A stretch of DNA of 64,000 nt. It comes from Malacoraja senta. Lineage: Eukaryota. Where the stretch lies: contig CM075999.1 in the NCBI GenBank assembly GCA_038087875.1, forward strand, positions 746,001 to 810,000. The letters are read 5' to 3'. Every line of letters begins with the position of its first letter. The stretch's first letter is position 1. The notes beneath the pieces were generated by a model, which was given only the letters and a program-made list of their open reading frames with translations, did not search any database and was not told the origin of the DNA. The position numbers and the translations under genes were made by a program. Shown here piece after piece: positions 30,501-45,500 of the stretch.

Positions 30501-33500
30501 GGATTAGCCATGTGTGTTCCATGGCATATACTGTTGCATATCTTCTGTCAAAAACACCACAGATTTTTTTCCAAATTCTTTGGTCCCTTGAAATCAAATG
30601 CGGTCTACTTTCCAGAATATTTAAGAAAATTATTATGTTGATACAAAAATAAGCAAAATTGTAGTACAATACATTTTCTGCTCTCATGACTTCAGTCTTT
30701 AAATTTGCCTGAATCAAAATTCTCCACCTTTCCAGAAACCACTGTACCATCTACAAGCACAGAGGCAACAACAACAGCTTCAAGCACCACATCAGTTCCC
30801 ACATCAACGACAATAGAAACAACTACAGGCAGCACAATTGCATCTTCAACAGAAGTTACCACCACCTTCACGACCACACCACTTACAACCACTGGTGAGT
30901 CCGGTGTGCAAGAGTAATGCAAAATAAATTTGTTCCTTACACATCCAGTGAATAAGAATCATTACAGTGGAACAAGTTAATATGGATTGGCCATGTGTGT
31001 TCCATGGCATATACTGTTGCATATCTTCTGTCAAAAACACCACAGATATTTTTTCCAAATTCTTTGGTCCCTAGAAAACAAATGCAGCCTACTAGCCAGA
31101 TTATTCCACAAATTATCACGTTGATACAAAAAGATGCAAAATTACAATTCAATGCATTTTCTGCCCTTAAGATTCCAGTCTTTCAATTTAACTGAACCAA
31201 AAATCGGCACATTTCCAGAAACCACTGTACCAGTAGAATAAGTTAAAATGTAATCGCCATATATATTCCATGACAAATGCTGCTGGCATATCTTCTGTCA
31301 AAACCGCACACGTGATGTTTCCAAATTCTTTGGTACCTTGAAAACACATGCGGCCTACTTCCCAGAACAGTCAAGAACATTATAACGTTGATACCAAAAA
31401 ATCCCAAATTGTAGTTCAATGTATTTTCTCCCCGAAAGACTCCAGTCTTTAAATTTACTTGAACCTAAAATCTCCACCTTTCCAGAAACCACTGTACCAT
31501 CTACAAGCACAGAGGCAACAACAACAGCTTCAAGCACCACATCAGTTCCCACATCAACGACAATAGAAACAACTGCAGGCAGCACAAGTGCTTCTTCAAC
31601 AGAAGCTACCACCACCTTCACGACCACACCACTTACAACCACTGGTGAGTCCGGTGTGCAAGAGTAATGCAAAATAAATTTGTTCCTTACACATCCAGTG
31701 AATAAGAATCATTACAGTGGAACAAGTTAATATGGATTGGCCATGTGTGATCCATGGCATATACTGTTGCATATCTTCTGTCAAATACACCACAGATTTT
31801 TTTTCCAAATTCTTTGGTCCCTTGAAAACAAATGTGGCCCACTTCCCAGAGTATTCAAGAAAATTATCATGTTGATATTAAAAAAATGCAAAATTGTAGT
31901 TCAATACATTTTCTGGTCTCATGACTTCACTCTTTAAATTTGCCTGAATCAAAAATCTCCACCTTTCCAGAAACCACTGTACCATCTACAAGTACAGAGG
32001 CAACTACAACAGCTTCAAGCACCACATCAGTTCCCACATCAACGACAATAGAAACAACTACCGGCAGCACAAGTGCATCTACAACAGAAGCTACCACCAC
32101 CTTCACAACCACACCACTAACAACCACTGGTGAGTCCAGAATGCTACTATAAGGCAAAAATAAATTTGTTCCTTCCACGTCCAGTGAACAAGAATCATTA
32201 CAATAGAACAAGTTAACATGGATTGGCCATGTGTGTTCCATGGCATATACTGTTGCATATTTTCTGTCAAAAACACCACAGATTTTGTTTCCAAACTATT
32301 TGGTCCCTTGAAAACAAATGCGGCATTCTGACCAGAATATTCCACAAATTATCACATAGATACAAAAAGATGAACATTTCAATTCAATGCATTTTCTGCC
32401 CTTAAGATTCCTGTCTTTAAATTTACCTGAACCTAACATCTCCACATTTCCAGAAACCACTGTACCAATAGAATAAGTTAATATGTAATTGCCAAATATA
32501 TTCCATGACAAATGCTGCTGGCATATCTTCTGTCAAAAAACGCACACGTGATGTTTGCAAATTCTTTCGTACCTTGAGAACACATGCGGCCTACTTCCCA
32601 GAATAGTCAAGAACATTATCACGTTGACACAAAAAAAATCCAAAATTGTAGTTCAATGTATTTTCTCCCCGAAAGACGCCAGTCTTTAAATTTACTTGAA
32701 CCTAAAATCTCCACCTTTCCAGAAACCACTGTACCATCTACAAGTACAGAAGCAACTACAACAGCTAAAAGCACCACATCGGTTCCCATATCAGCGGCAA
32801 TAGAAACAACTACAGGCAGCTCAAGTGTATCTACAACAGAAGCTACCACCACCTTCACGTCCACACCACTTACAACCACTGGTGAGTCCATTATGCCAGA
32901 GTAATGCAAAAATAAATCTGTTCCTTACACATCCAGCGAATAAGAATCATTGCAAAACGAACAAGTTAACATGTATATGCCATATGACCTATGCTGCTGG
33001 CATATCTTCTGTCAAAAACAGCACACATGATGTTTCCAAATTCTTCGATCTTTTGAAAACACTTGTGGTCTACTTCCCAGAATATTCAACAAATGATCAT
33101 GTTGATATAAAAAGACGCTAAATTAGAATTCAATACATTTTGTGCCCTTAAGATTCCAGTCCTTAAATTTACCTGAATCAAAAATCTCCACCTTTCCAGA
33201 AACCACTGTACCATCTACAAGTACAGAGGCTACTACAACAGCTTCAAGCACCACAACAGTTCTCACATCAACGACAATAGAAACAACAACAGGCAGCACA
33301 AGTGCTTCTTCAACAGAAGCTACCACCACCTTCACGACCACACCACTTACAACCACTGGTGAGTCCGGTATGCAAGAGAAATGCAAAATAAATATGTTCC
33401 TTACACATCCAGTGAATAAGAATAATTACAGTAACACAAGTTAACATGGATTGGTCATGTGTGTTCCATGGCATATTTTGTTGGGATATCTTCTGTCAAA

Positions 33501-36500
33501 AACACCACAGATTATTTTTCCAAATTCTTTGGTCCCTAGAAATCAAATGCAGTCTACTTTCCAGAATATTTAAGAAAATTATCATGTTGATACAAAAAAA
33601 AGCAAAATTGTAGTACAATACATTTACTGCTCTCATGACTTCAGTCTTTAAATTTGCCTGAATCAAAAATCTCCACCTTTCCAGAAACCACTGTACCATC
33701 TACAAGTACAGAGGCTACTACAACAGCTTCAAGCACCACAACAGTTCCCACATCAACGACAATAGAAACAGCTACAGGCAGCACAAGTGCACCTACAACA
33801 GAAACTACCACCACCTTCACAACCACACCACTTACAATCACTGGTGAGTCTGGTATGCAAGAGAAATGCAAAATAAATATGTTCCTTACACATCCAGTGA
33901 ACAAGAATCATTACAATAGAACAAGTTAACACGGATTGGCCATGTGTGTTCCATGGCATATACTGTTGCATATCTTCTGTCAAAAACACCACAGATTTTT
34001 TTTCCAAATTCTTTGGTCCCTTGAAAACAAATGTGGTCTACTTTCCAGAATATTTAAGAAAATTATCATGTTGATACAAAAAAAAGCAAAATTGCAGTTC
34101 AATACATTTTCTGCCCTCCTGACCTCTGTCTTTAAATTTGCCTGAATCAAAAATCTCCACCTTTCCAGAAACCACTGTACCATCTACAAGTACGGAGGTT
34201 GCTACAACAGCTTCAAGCACCACAACAGTTCCCACATCAACGACAATAGAAACAACTACAGGCAGCACAAGTGCTTCTTCAACAGAAGCTACCACCACCT
34301 TCACGACCACACCACTTACAACCACTGGTGAGTCCAGAATGCTACAGTAAGGCAAAATAAATGTATTCTTTACACATCCAGTGAACAAGAATCATTACAA
34401 TAGAATTAACACGGATTGGCCATGTGTGTTCCATGGCATAAACTGTTGCATATGTTCTGTCAAAAACACCACATATTTTGTTTCCAAACTCTTTGGTCCC
34501 TTGAAAACAAATGCGGCCTACTAGCCAGAATATTCCACAAATTATCACGTTGATACAAAAAGATGCAAAATTACAATTGAATGCATTTTCTGCCCTTAAG
34601 ATTCCAGTCTTTAAATTTAACTGAACCTAAAATCGGCACATTTCCAGAAACCACTGTACCAGAAGAATAAGTTAATATGTAATCGCCATATATATTCCAT
34701 GACAAATGCTGCTGGCATATCTCCTGTCAAAAACCGCACACGTGATGTTTCCAAATTCTTTGGTACCTTGAAAACACATGCGGCCTACTTCCCAGAACAG
34801 TCAAGAACATTATCACGTTGATACCAAAAAATCCCAAATTGTAGTTCAATGTATTTTCTCCCCGAAAGACTCCAGTCTTTAAATTTACTTGAACCTAAAA
34901 TCTCCACCTTTCTAGAAACCACTGTACCATCTACAAGCACAGAGGCAACAACAACAGCTTCAAGCACCACTATCTTCCGTGAAAAATACCACAGATTTTT
35001 TTGCCAAATTCTTTGGTCCCTTGAAAACAAATGTAGTCTACTTTTCAGAATATTTAAGAAAATTATCATGTTGATGCAAAAAAAAGCTAAATTGCAGTTC
35101 AATACATTTTCTGCCCTCCTGACCTCTGTCTTTAAATTTGCCTGAATCAAAAATCTCCACCTTTCCAGAAACCACTGTACCATCTACAAGTACAGAGGCA
35201 ACTACAACAGCTTCAAGCACCACATCAGTTCCCACATCAACGACAATAGAAACAACTACAGGCAGCACAAGTGCATCTACAACAGAAGCTACCACCACCT
35301 TCACGACCACACCACTAACAACCACTGGTGAGTCCAGAATGCTACAATAAGGCAAAAATAAATTTGTTCCTTCCACGTCCAGTGCACAAGAATCATTACA
35401 ATAGAACAAGTTAACATGGATTGACCATGTGTGTTCCATGGCATATACTGTTGCATATTTTCTGTCAAAAACACCACAGATTTTGTTTCCAAACTATTTG
35501 GTCCCTTGAAAACAAATGCGGCCTTCTGCCCAGAATATTCCACAAATTATCACATTGATACAAAAAGATGAAAATTTCAATTCAATGCATTTTCTGCCCT
35601 TAAGATTCCAGTCTTTAAATTTAACTGAACCTAAAATCGGCACATTTCCAGAAACCACTGTACCAGTAGAATAAGTTAATATGTAATCGCCATATATATT
35701 CTATGACAAATGCTGCTGGCATATCTTCTGTCAAAAACCGCACACGTGATGTTTCCAAATTCTTTGGTACCTTGAAAACACATGCGGCCTACTTCCCAGA
35801 ACAGTCAAGAACATTATAACGTTGATACCAAAAAATCCCAAATGGTAGTTCAATGTATTTTCTCCCCGAAAGACTCCAGTCTTTAAATTTACTTGAACCT
35901 AAAATCTCCACCTTTCCAGAAACCACTGTACCATCTACAAGCACAGAGGCAACAACAACAGCTTCAAGCACCACATCAGTTCCCACATCAATGACAATAG
36001 AAACAACTACAGGCAGCACAATTGCATCTACAACAGAAGTTACCACCACCTTCACGACCACACCACTTACAACCACTGGTGAGTCCGGTGTGCAAGAGTA
36101 ATGAAAAATAAATATGTTCCTTACACATCCAGTGAATGAGAATCATTACAGTAGAACAAGTTAATATGGATTGGCCATGTGTGTTCCATGGCATATACTG
36201 TTGCATATCTACTGTCAAAAACACCACAGATTTATTTTCCAAATTCTTTGGTCCCTTGAAAACAAATGTGGTCTACTTTCCAGAATATTTAAGAAAATTG
36301 TGATGTTGATACAAAACAAAAAGCAAAATTGCAGTTCAATAAATTTTATGACCTCCTGGCCTCTGTCTTTAAATGTGCCTGAATAAAAAATCTCCACCTT
36401 TCCAGAAACTACTGTACCATCTACAAGTACGGAGGCTGCTATAACAGCTTCAAGCACTTCAACAGTTCCCACATCTACGACAATAGAAACAACTACAGGC

Positions 36501-39500
36501 AGCACAAGTGCTTCTTCAACAGAAGCTACCACCACCTTCACGACCACACAACTTACAACCACTGGTGAGTCCAGAATGCTAAAGTAAGGCAAAATAAATT
36601 TGTTCCTTCCACGTCCAGTGAACAAGAATCATTACAATAGAACAAGTTAACATGGATTGGCCATGTGTGTTCCATGGCATATACTGTTGCATATCTTCTG
36701 TCAAAAACATCACAGATTTTTTTTCCAAATTCTTTGGTCGCTAGAAATCAAATGTGGTCTACTTTCCAGAATATTTAATAAAATTATCATGTTCATACAA
36801 AAAAAAGCAAAATTGTAGTACAATACATTTTCTGCTCTCATGACTTCAGTCTTTAAATTTGCCTGAATCAAAAATCTCCACCTTTCCAGAAACCACTGTA
36901 CCATCTACACGTAGAGAGGCTACTACAACAGCTTCAAGCACCACTACAGTTCCCACATCAACGACAATAGAAACAACTACAGGCGGCACAAGTGCACCTA
37001 CAACAGAAGCTACCACCACCTTCACGACCACACCACTTACAACCACTGGTGAGTCCGGTATGCAAGAGAAATGCAAAATAAATATGTTCCTTACACATAC
37101 AGTGAATAAGAATCATTACAATAGAACAAGTTAACACGGATTGGCCATGTGTGTTCCATGGAATATACTGTTGCATATCTTCTGTCAAAAACACCACAGA
37201 TTTTGTTTCTAAACTCTTTGGTCCCTTGAAAACAAATGCGGCCTACTAGCCAGAATATTCCACAAATTATCACGTTGATACAAAAAGATGCAAAATTACA
37301 ATTCAATGCATTTTCTGCCCTTAAGATTCCAGTCTTTAAATTTACCTGAATCTAAAATCGGCACATTTCCAGAAACCACTGTACCAGTAGAATAAGTTAA
37401 TATGTAATCGCCATTGATTTCCATGACAAATGCTGCTGGCATATCTTCTCTCAAAAACCGCACACGTGATGTATCCAAATTCTTTGGTACCTTGAAAACA
37501 CATGCGGCCTACTTCCCAGAATAGTCAAGAACATTATCACGTTGATACAAAAAAATCCCAAATTGAAGTTCAATATATTTTCTCCCCGAAAGACTCCAGT
37601 CTTTAAATGTACTTGAACCTAAAATCTCCACCTTTCCAGAAACCACTGTACCATCTACAAGCACAGAGGCAACAACAACAGCTTCAAGCACCACATCAGT
37701 TCCCACATCAACGACAATAGAAACAACTACAGGCAGCACAATTGCATCTACAACAGAATTTACCACCACCTTCACGACCACACCACTTACAACCACTGGT
37801 GTGTCCGGTGTGCAAGAGTAATGCAAAATAAATTTGTTCCTTACGCATCCAGTGAATAAGAAGCATTACAGTGGAACAAGTTAATATGGATTGGCCATGT
37901 GTGTTCCATGGCATATACTGTTGCATATCTTCTGTCAAATACACCACAGATTTTTTTTCCAAATTCTTTGGTCCCTTGAAAACAAATGTGGCCCACTTCC
38001 CAGAGTATTCAAGAAAATTATCGTGTTGATATTAAAAAAAAAGCAAAATTGTAGTTCAATACATTTTCTGCTCTCATGACTTCAGTCTTTAAATTTGCCT
38101 GAATCAAAAATCTCCACCTTTCCAGAAACCACTGTACCATCTACAAGTACAGAGGCAACTACAACAGCTTCAAGCACCACATCAGTTCCCACATCAACGA
38201 CAATAGAAACAACTACAGGCAGCACAAGTGCACCTACAACAGAAGCTACCACCACCTTCACGACCACACCACTTACAACCACTGGTGAGTCCAGAATGCT
38301 ACAGTAAGGCAAAATAAATGTGTTCCTTACACATCCAGTGAATAAGAATCATTTCAATAGAACAAGTTAACATGGATTGGCCATGTGTGTTCCAAGGCAT
38401 ATACTGTTGCATATCTTCTGTCAAAAACACCACAGATTTTTTTTCCAAATTCTTTGGTCCCTAGAAAACAAATGCGGCCTACTAGCCAGATTATTCCACA
38501 AATTATCACGTTGATACAAAAAGATGCAAAATTACAATTCAATGCATTTTCTGCCCTTATGATTCCAGTCTTTAAATTTAACTGAACCAAAAATCGGCAC
38601 ATTTCCAGAAACCACTGTACCAGTAGAATAAGTTAAAATGTAATCGTCATATATATTCCATGACAAATGCTGCTGGCATATCTTCTGTCAAAACCGCACA
38701 CGTGATGTTTCCAAATTCTTTGGTACCTTGAAAACACATGCGGCCTACTTCCCAGAACAGTCAAGAACATTATCACGTTGATACCAAAAAATCCCAAATT
38801 GTAGTTCAATGTATTTTCTCCCCGAAAGACTCCAGTCTTTAAATGTACTTGAACCTAAAATCTCCACCTTTCCAGAAACCACTGTACCATCTACAAGCAC
38901 AGAGGCAACAACAACAGCTTCAAGCACCACATCAGTTCCCACATCAATGACAATAGAAACAACTGCAGGCAGCACAATTGCATCTACAACAGAAGTTACC
39001 ACCACCTTCACGACCACACCACTTACAACCACTGGTGAGTCCGGTGTGCAAGAGTAATGAAAAATAAATATGTTCCTTACACATCCAGTGAATGAGAATC
39101 ATTACAGTAGAACAAGTTAATATGGATTGGCCATGTGTGTTCCATGGCATATACTGTTGCATATCTACTGTCAAAAACACCACAGATTTATTTTCCAAAT
39201 TCTTTGGTCCCTTGAAAACAAATGTGGTCTACTTTCCAGAATATTTAAGAAAATTGTGATGTTGATACAAAACAAAAAGCAAAATTGCAGTTCAATACAT
39301 TTTATGACCTCCTGGCCTCTGTCTTTAAAAGTGCCTGAATAAAAAATCTCCACCTTTCCAGAAACCACTGTACCATCTACAAGTACGGAGGCTACTATAA
39401 CAGCTTCAAGCACTTCAACAGTTCCCACATCAACGACAATAGAAACAACTACAGGCAGCACAAGTGCTTCTTCAACAGAAGCTACCACCACCTTCACGAC

Positions 39501-42500
39501 CACACAACTTACAACCACTGGTGAGTCCAGAATGCTACAGTAAGGCAAAATAAATTTGTTCCTTCCACATCCAGTGAACAAGAATCATTACAATAGAACA
39601 AGTTAACATGGATTGGCCATGTGTGTTCCATCGCATATACTGTTGCATATCTTCTGTCAAAAACACCACAGATTTTGTTTCCAAACTCTTTGGTCCCTTG
39701 AAAACAAATGCGGCCTACTAGCCAGAATATTCCACAAATTATCACGTTGATACAAAAAGATGCAAAATTACAATTCAATGCATTTTCTGCCCTTAAGATT
39801 CCAGTCTTTAAATTTACCTGAACCTAAAATCGGCACATTTCCAGAAACCACTGTACCAGTAGAATAAGTTAATATGTAATCGCCATTGATTTCCATGACA
39901 AATGCTGCTGGCATATCTTCTGTCAAAAACCGCACACGTGATGTATCCAAATTCTTTGGTACCTTGAAAACACATGCGGCCTACTTCCCAGAATAGTCAA
40001 GAACATTATCACGTTGATACAAAAAAATCCCAAATTGAAGTTCAATATATTTTCTCCTCGAAAGACTCCAGTCTTTAAATGTACTTGAACCTAAAATCTC
40101 CACCTTTACAGAAACCACTGTACCATCTACAAGCACAGAGGCAACAACAACAGCTTCAAGCACCACAACAGTTCCCACATCAACGACAATAGAAACAACT
40201 ACAGGCAGCACAATTGCATCTACAACAGAAGTTACCACCACCTTCACGACCACACCACTTACAACCACTGGTGAGTCCGGTGTGCAAGAGTAATGCAAAA
40301 TAAATTTGTTCCTTACGCATCCAGTGAATAAGAAGCATTACAGTGGAACAAGTTAATATGGATTGGCCATGTGTGTTCCATGGCATATACTGTTGCATAT
40401 CTTCTGTCAAATACACCACAGATTTTTTTTTCCAAATTCTTTGGTCCCTTGAAAACAAATGTGGCCCACTTCCCAGAGTATTCAAGAAAATTATCATGTT
40501 GATATTAAAAAAAAACAAAATTGTAGTTCAATACATTTTCTGGTCTCATGACTTCACTCTTTAAATTTGCCTGAATCAAAAATCTCCACCTTTCCAGAAA
40601 CCACTGTACCATCTACAAGTACAGAGGCAACTACAACAGCTTCAAGCACCACATCACTTCCCACATCAACGACAATAGAAACAACTACCGGCAGTACAAG
40701 TGCATCTACAACAGAAGCTACCACCACCTTCACGACCACACCACTAACAACCACTGGTGAGTCCAGAATGCTACAATAAGGCAAAAATAAATTTGTTCCT
40801 TCCATGTCCAGTGAACAAGAATCATTACAATAGAACAAGTTAACATGGATTGGCCATGTGTGTTCCATGGCATATACTGTTGCATATTTTCTGTCAAAAA
40901 CACCACAGATTTTGTTTCCAAATTATTTGGTCCCTTGAAAACAAATGCGGCATTCTGCCCAGAATATTCCACAAATTATCACATTGATACAAAAAGATGA
41001 AAATTTCAATTCAATGCATTTTCTGCCCTTAAGATTCCTGTCTTTAAATTTACCTGAACCTAACATCTCCACATTTCCAGAAACCACTGTACCAATAGAA
41101 TAAGTTAATATGTAATTGCCAAATATATTCCATGACAAATGCTGCTGGCATATCTTCTGTCAAAAAACGCCCACGTGATGTTTGCAAATTCTTTCGTACC
41201 TTGTGAACACATGCGGCCTACTTCCCAGAGTAGTCAAGAACATTATCACGTTGACACAAAAAAAATCCAAAATTGTAGTTCAATGTATTTTCTCCCCGAA
41301 AGACGCCAGTCTTTAAATTTACTTGAACCTAAAATCTCCACCTTTCCAGAAACCACTGTACCATCTACAAGTACAGAAGCAACTACAACAGCTAAAAGCA
41401 CCACATCGGTTCCCATATCAGCGGCAATAGAAACAACTACAGGCAGCTCAAGTGTATCTACAACAGAAGCTACCACCACCTTCACGTCCACACCACTTAC
41501 AACCACTGGTGAGTCCATTATGCCAGAGTAATGCAAAAATAAATCTGTTCCTTACACATCCAGCGAATAAGAATCATTGCAAATCGAACAAGTTAACATG
41601 TATATGCCATATGACCTATGCTGCTGGCATATCTTCTGTCAAAAACAGCATACATGATGTTTCCAAATTCTTCGATCTTTTGAAAACACTTGTGGTCTAC
41701 TTCCCAGAATATTCAACAAATGATCATGTTGATATAAAAAGACGCTAAATTAGAATTCAATACATTTTGTGCCCTTAAGATTCCAGTCCTTAAATTTACC
41801 TGAATCAAAAATCTCCACCTTTCCAGAAACCACTGTACCATCTACAAGTACAGAGGCTACTACAACAGCTTCAAGCACCACAACAGTTCCCACATCAAAG
41901 ACAATAGAAACAACTACAGGCAGCACAAGTGCTTCTACAACAGAAGCTACCACCACCTTCACTACCACACCACTTACAACCACTGGTGAGTCCAGAATGC
42001 TACAGTAAGGCAAAATAAATGTATTCCTTACACATCCAGTTAACAAGAATCATTGCAATAGAACAAGTTAACACGGATTGGCCATGTGTGTTCCATGGCA
42101 TAAACTGTTGCATATGTTCTGTCAAAAACACCACATATTTTGTTTCCAAACTATTTGGTCCCTTGAAAACAAATGCGGCCTACTAGCCAGAATATTCCAC
42201 AAATTATCACGTTGATACAAAAAGATGCAAAATTACAATTGAATGCATTTTCTGCCCTTAAGATTCCAGTCTTTAAATTTAACTGAACCTAAAATCGGCA
42301 CATTTCCAGAAACCACTGTACCAGTAGAATAAGTTAATATGTAATCGCCATATATATTCCATGACAAATGCTGCTGGCATATCTTCTGTCAAAAACCACA
42401 CACGTGATGTTTCCAAATTCTTTGGTACCTTGAAAACACATGCGGCCTACTTCCCAGAACAGTCAAGAACATTATCACGTTGATACCAAAAAATCCCAAA

Positions 42501-45500
42501 TTGTAGTTCAATGTATTTTCTCCCCGAAAGACTCCAGTCTTTAAATGTACTTGAACCTAAAATCTCCACCTTTCCAGAAACCACTGTACCATCTACAAGC
42601 ACAGAGGCAACAACAACAGCTTCAAGCACCACATCAGTTCCCACATCAATGACAATAGAAACAACTGCAGGCAGCACAATTGCATCTACAACAGAAGTTA
42701 CCACCACCTTCACGACCACACCACTTACAACCACTGGTGAGTCCGGTGTGCAAGAGTAATGAAAAATAAATATGTTCCTTACACATCCAGTGAATGAGAA
42801 TCATTACAGTAGAACAAGTTAATATGGATTGGCCATGTGTGTCCCATGGCATATACTGTTGCATATCTACAGTCAAAAACACCACAGATTTATTTTCCAA
42901 ATTCTTTGGTCCCTTGAAAACAAATGTGGTCTACCTTCCAGAATATTTAAGAAAATTGTGATGTTGATACAAAACAAAAAGCAAAATTGCAGTTCAATAC
43001 ATTTTATGACCTCCTGGCCTCTGTCTTTAAATGTGCCTGAATAAAAAATCTCCACCTTTCCAGAAACCACTGTACCATCTACAAGTACGGAGGCTACTAT
43101 AACAGCTTCAAGCACTTCAACAGTTCCCACATCAACGACAATAGAAACAACTACAGGCAGCACAAGTGCTTCTTCAACAGAAGCTACCACCACCTTCACG
43201 ACCACACAACTTACAACCACTGGTGAGTCCAGAATGCTACAGTAAGGCAAAATAAATTTGTTCCTTCCACATCCAGTGAACAAGAATCATTACAATAGAA
43301 CAAGTTAACATGGATTGGCCATGTGTGTTCCATCGCATATACTGTTGCATATCTTCTGTCAAAAACACCACAGATTTTGTTTCCAAACTCTTTGGTCCCT
43401 TGAAAACAAATGCGGCCTACTAGCCAGAATATTCCACAAATTATCACGTTGATACAAAAAGATGCAAAATTACAATTCAATGCATTTTCTGCCCTTAAGA
43501 TTCCAGTCTTTAAATTTACCTGAACCTAAAATCGGCACATTTCCAGAAACCACTGTACCAGTAGAATAAGTTAATATGTAATCGCCATTGATTTCCATGA
43601 CAAATGCTGCTGGCATATCTTCTGTCAAAAACCGCACACGTGATGTATCCAAATTCTTTGGTACCTTGAAAACACATGCGGCCTACTTCCCAGAATAGTC
43701 AAGAACATTATCACGTTGATACAAAAAAATCCCAAATTGAAGTTCAATATATTTTCTCCCCGAAAGACTCCAGTCTTTAAATGTACTTGAACCTAAAATC
43801 TCCACCTTTACAGAAACCACTGTACCATCTACAAGCACAGAGGCAACAACAACAGCTTCAAGCACCACAACAGTTCCCACATCAACGACAATAGAAACAA
43901 CTACAGGCAGCACAATTGCATCTACAACAGAAGTTACCACCACCTTCACGACCACACCACTTACAACCACTGGTGAGTCCGGTGTGCAAGAGTAATGCAA
44001 AATAAATTTGTTCCTTACGCATCCAGTGAATAAGAAGCATTACAGTGGAACAAGTTAATATGGATTGGCCATGTGTGTTCCATGGCATATACTGTTGCAT
44101 ATCTTCTGTCAAATACACCACAGATTTTTTTTCCAAATTGTTTGGTCCCTTGAAAACAAATGTGGCCCACTTCCCAGAGTATTCAAGAAAATTATCATGT
44201 TGATATTAAAAAAAAAGCAAAATTGCAGTTCAATACATTTTCTGCTCTCATGACTTCAGTCTTTAAATTTGCCTGAATCAAAAATCTCCACCTTTCCAGA
44301 AACCACTGTACCATCTACAAGTACAGAGGCAACTACAACAGCTTCAAGCACCACATCAGTTCCCACATCAACGACAATAGAAACAACTACAGGCAGCACA
44401 AGTGCACCTACAACAGAAGCTACCACCACCTTCACGACCACACCACTTACAACCACTGGTGAGTCCAGAATGCTACAGTAAGGCAAAATAAATGTGTTCC
44501 TTACACATCCAGTGAATAAGAATCATTTCAATAGAACAAGTTAACATGGATTGGCCATGTGTGTTCCATGGCATATACTGTTGCATATCTTCTGTCAAAA
44601 ACACCACAGATTTTTTATCCAAATTCTTTGGTCCCTAGAAACCAAATGCGGCCTACTAGCCAGAATATTCCACAAATTATCACGTTGATACAAAAAGATG
44701 CAAAATTACAATTCAAAGCATTTTCTGCCCTTAAGATTCCAGTCTTTTAAATTTAACTGAACCAAAAATCGGCACATTATACTGTACCAGTAGAATAAGT
44801 TAATATGTAATCGCCATATATATTCCATGACAAATGCTGCTGGCATATCTTCTGTCAAAACCGCACACGTGATGTTTCCAAATTCTTTGGTACCTTGAAA
44901 ACATATGCGGCCTGCTTCCCAGAACAGTCAAGAACATTATAACGTTGATACCAAAAAAATCCCAAATTGTAGTTCAATGTATTTTCTCCCTGAAAGACTG
45001 CAGTCTTTAAATTTACTTGCACCTAAAATCTCCACCTTTCCAGAAACCACTGTACCATCTACAAGCACAGAGGCAACTACAACAGCTTCAAGCACCATAT
45101 CAGTTCCCACATCAACGACAATAGCAACAACTACAGGCAGCACAAGTGCATCTACAACAGAAGCTACCACCACCTTCACGACCACACAACTAACAACCAC
45201 TGGTGGGTCCAGAATGCTACAATAAGGCAAAAATAAATTTGTTCCTTCCACGTCCAGTCAACAAGAATCATAACAATAGAACAAGTTAACATGGATTGGC
45301 CATGTGTGTTCTATGGCATATACTGTTGCATATTTTCTGACAAAAACACCACAGATTTTGTTTCCAAACTATTTGGTCCCTTGAAAACAAATGCGGCCTT
45401 CTGCCCAGAATATTCCACAAATTATCACATTGATACAAAAAGATGAAAATTTCAATTCAATGCATTTTCTGCCCTTAAGATTCCTGTCTTTAAATTTACC

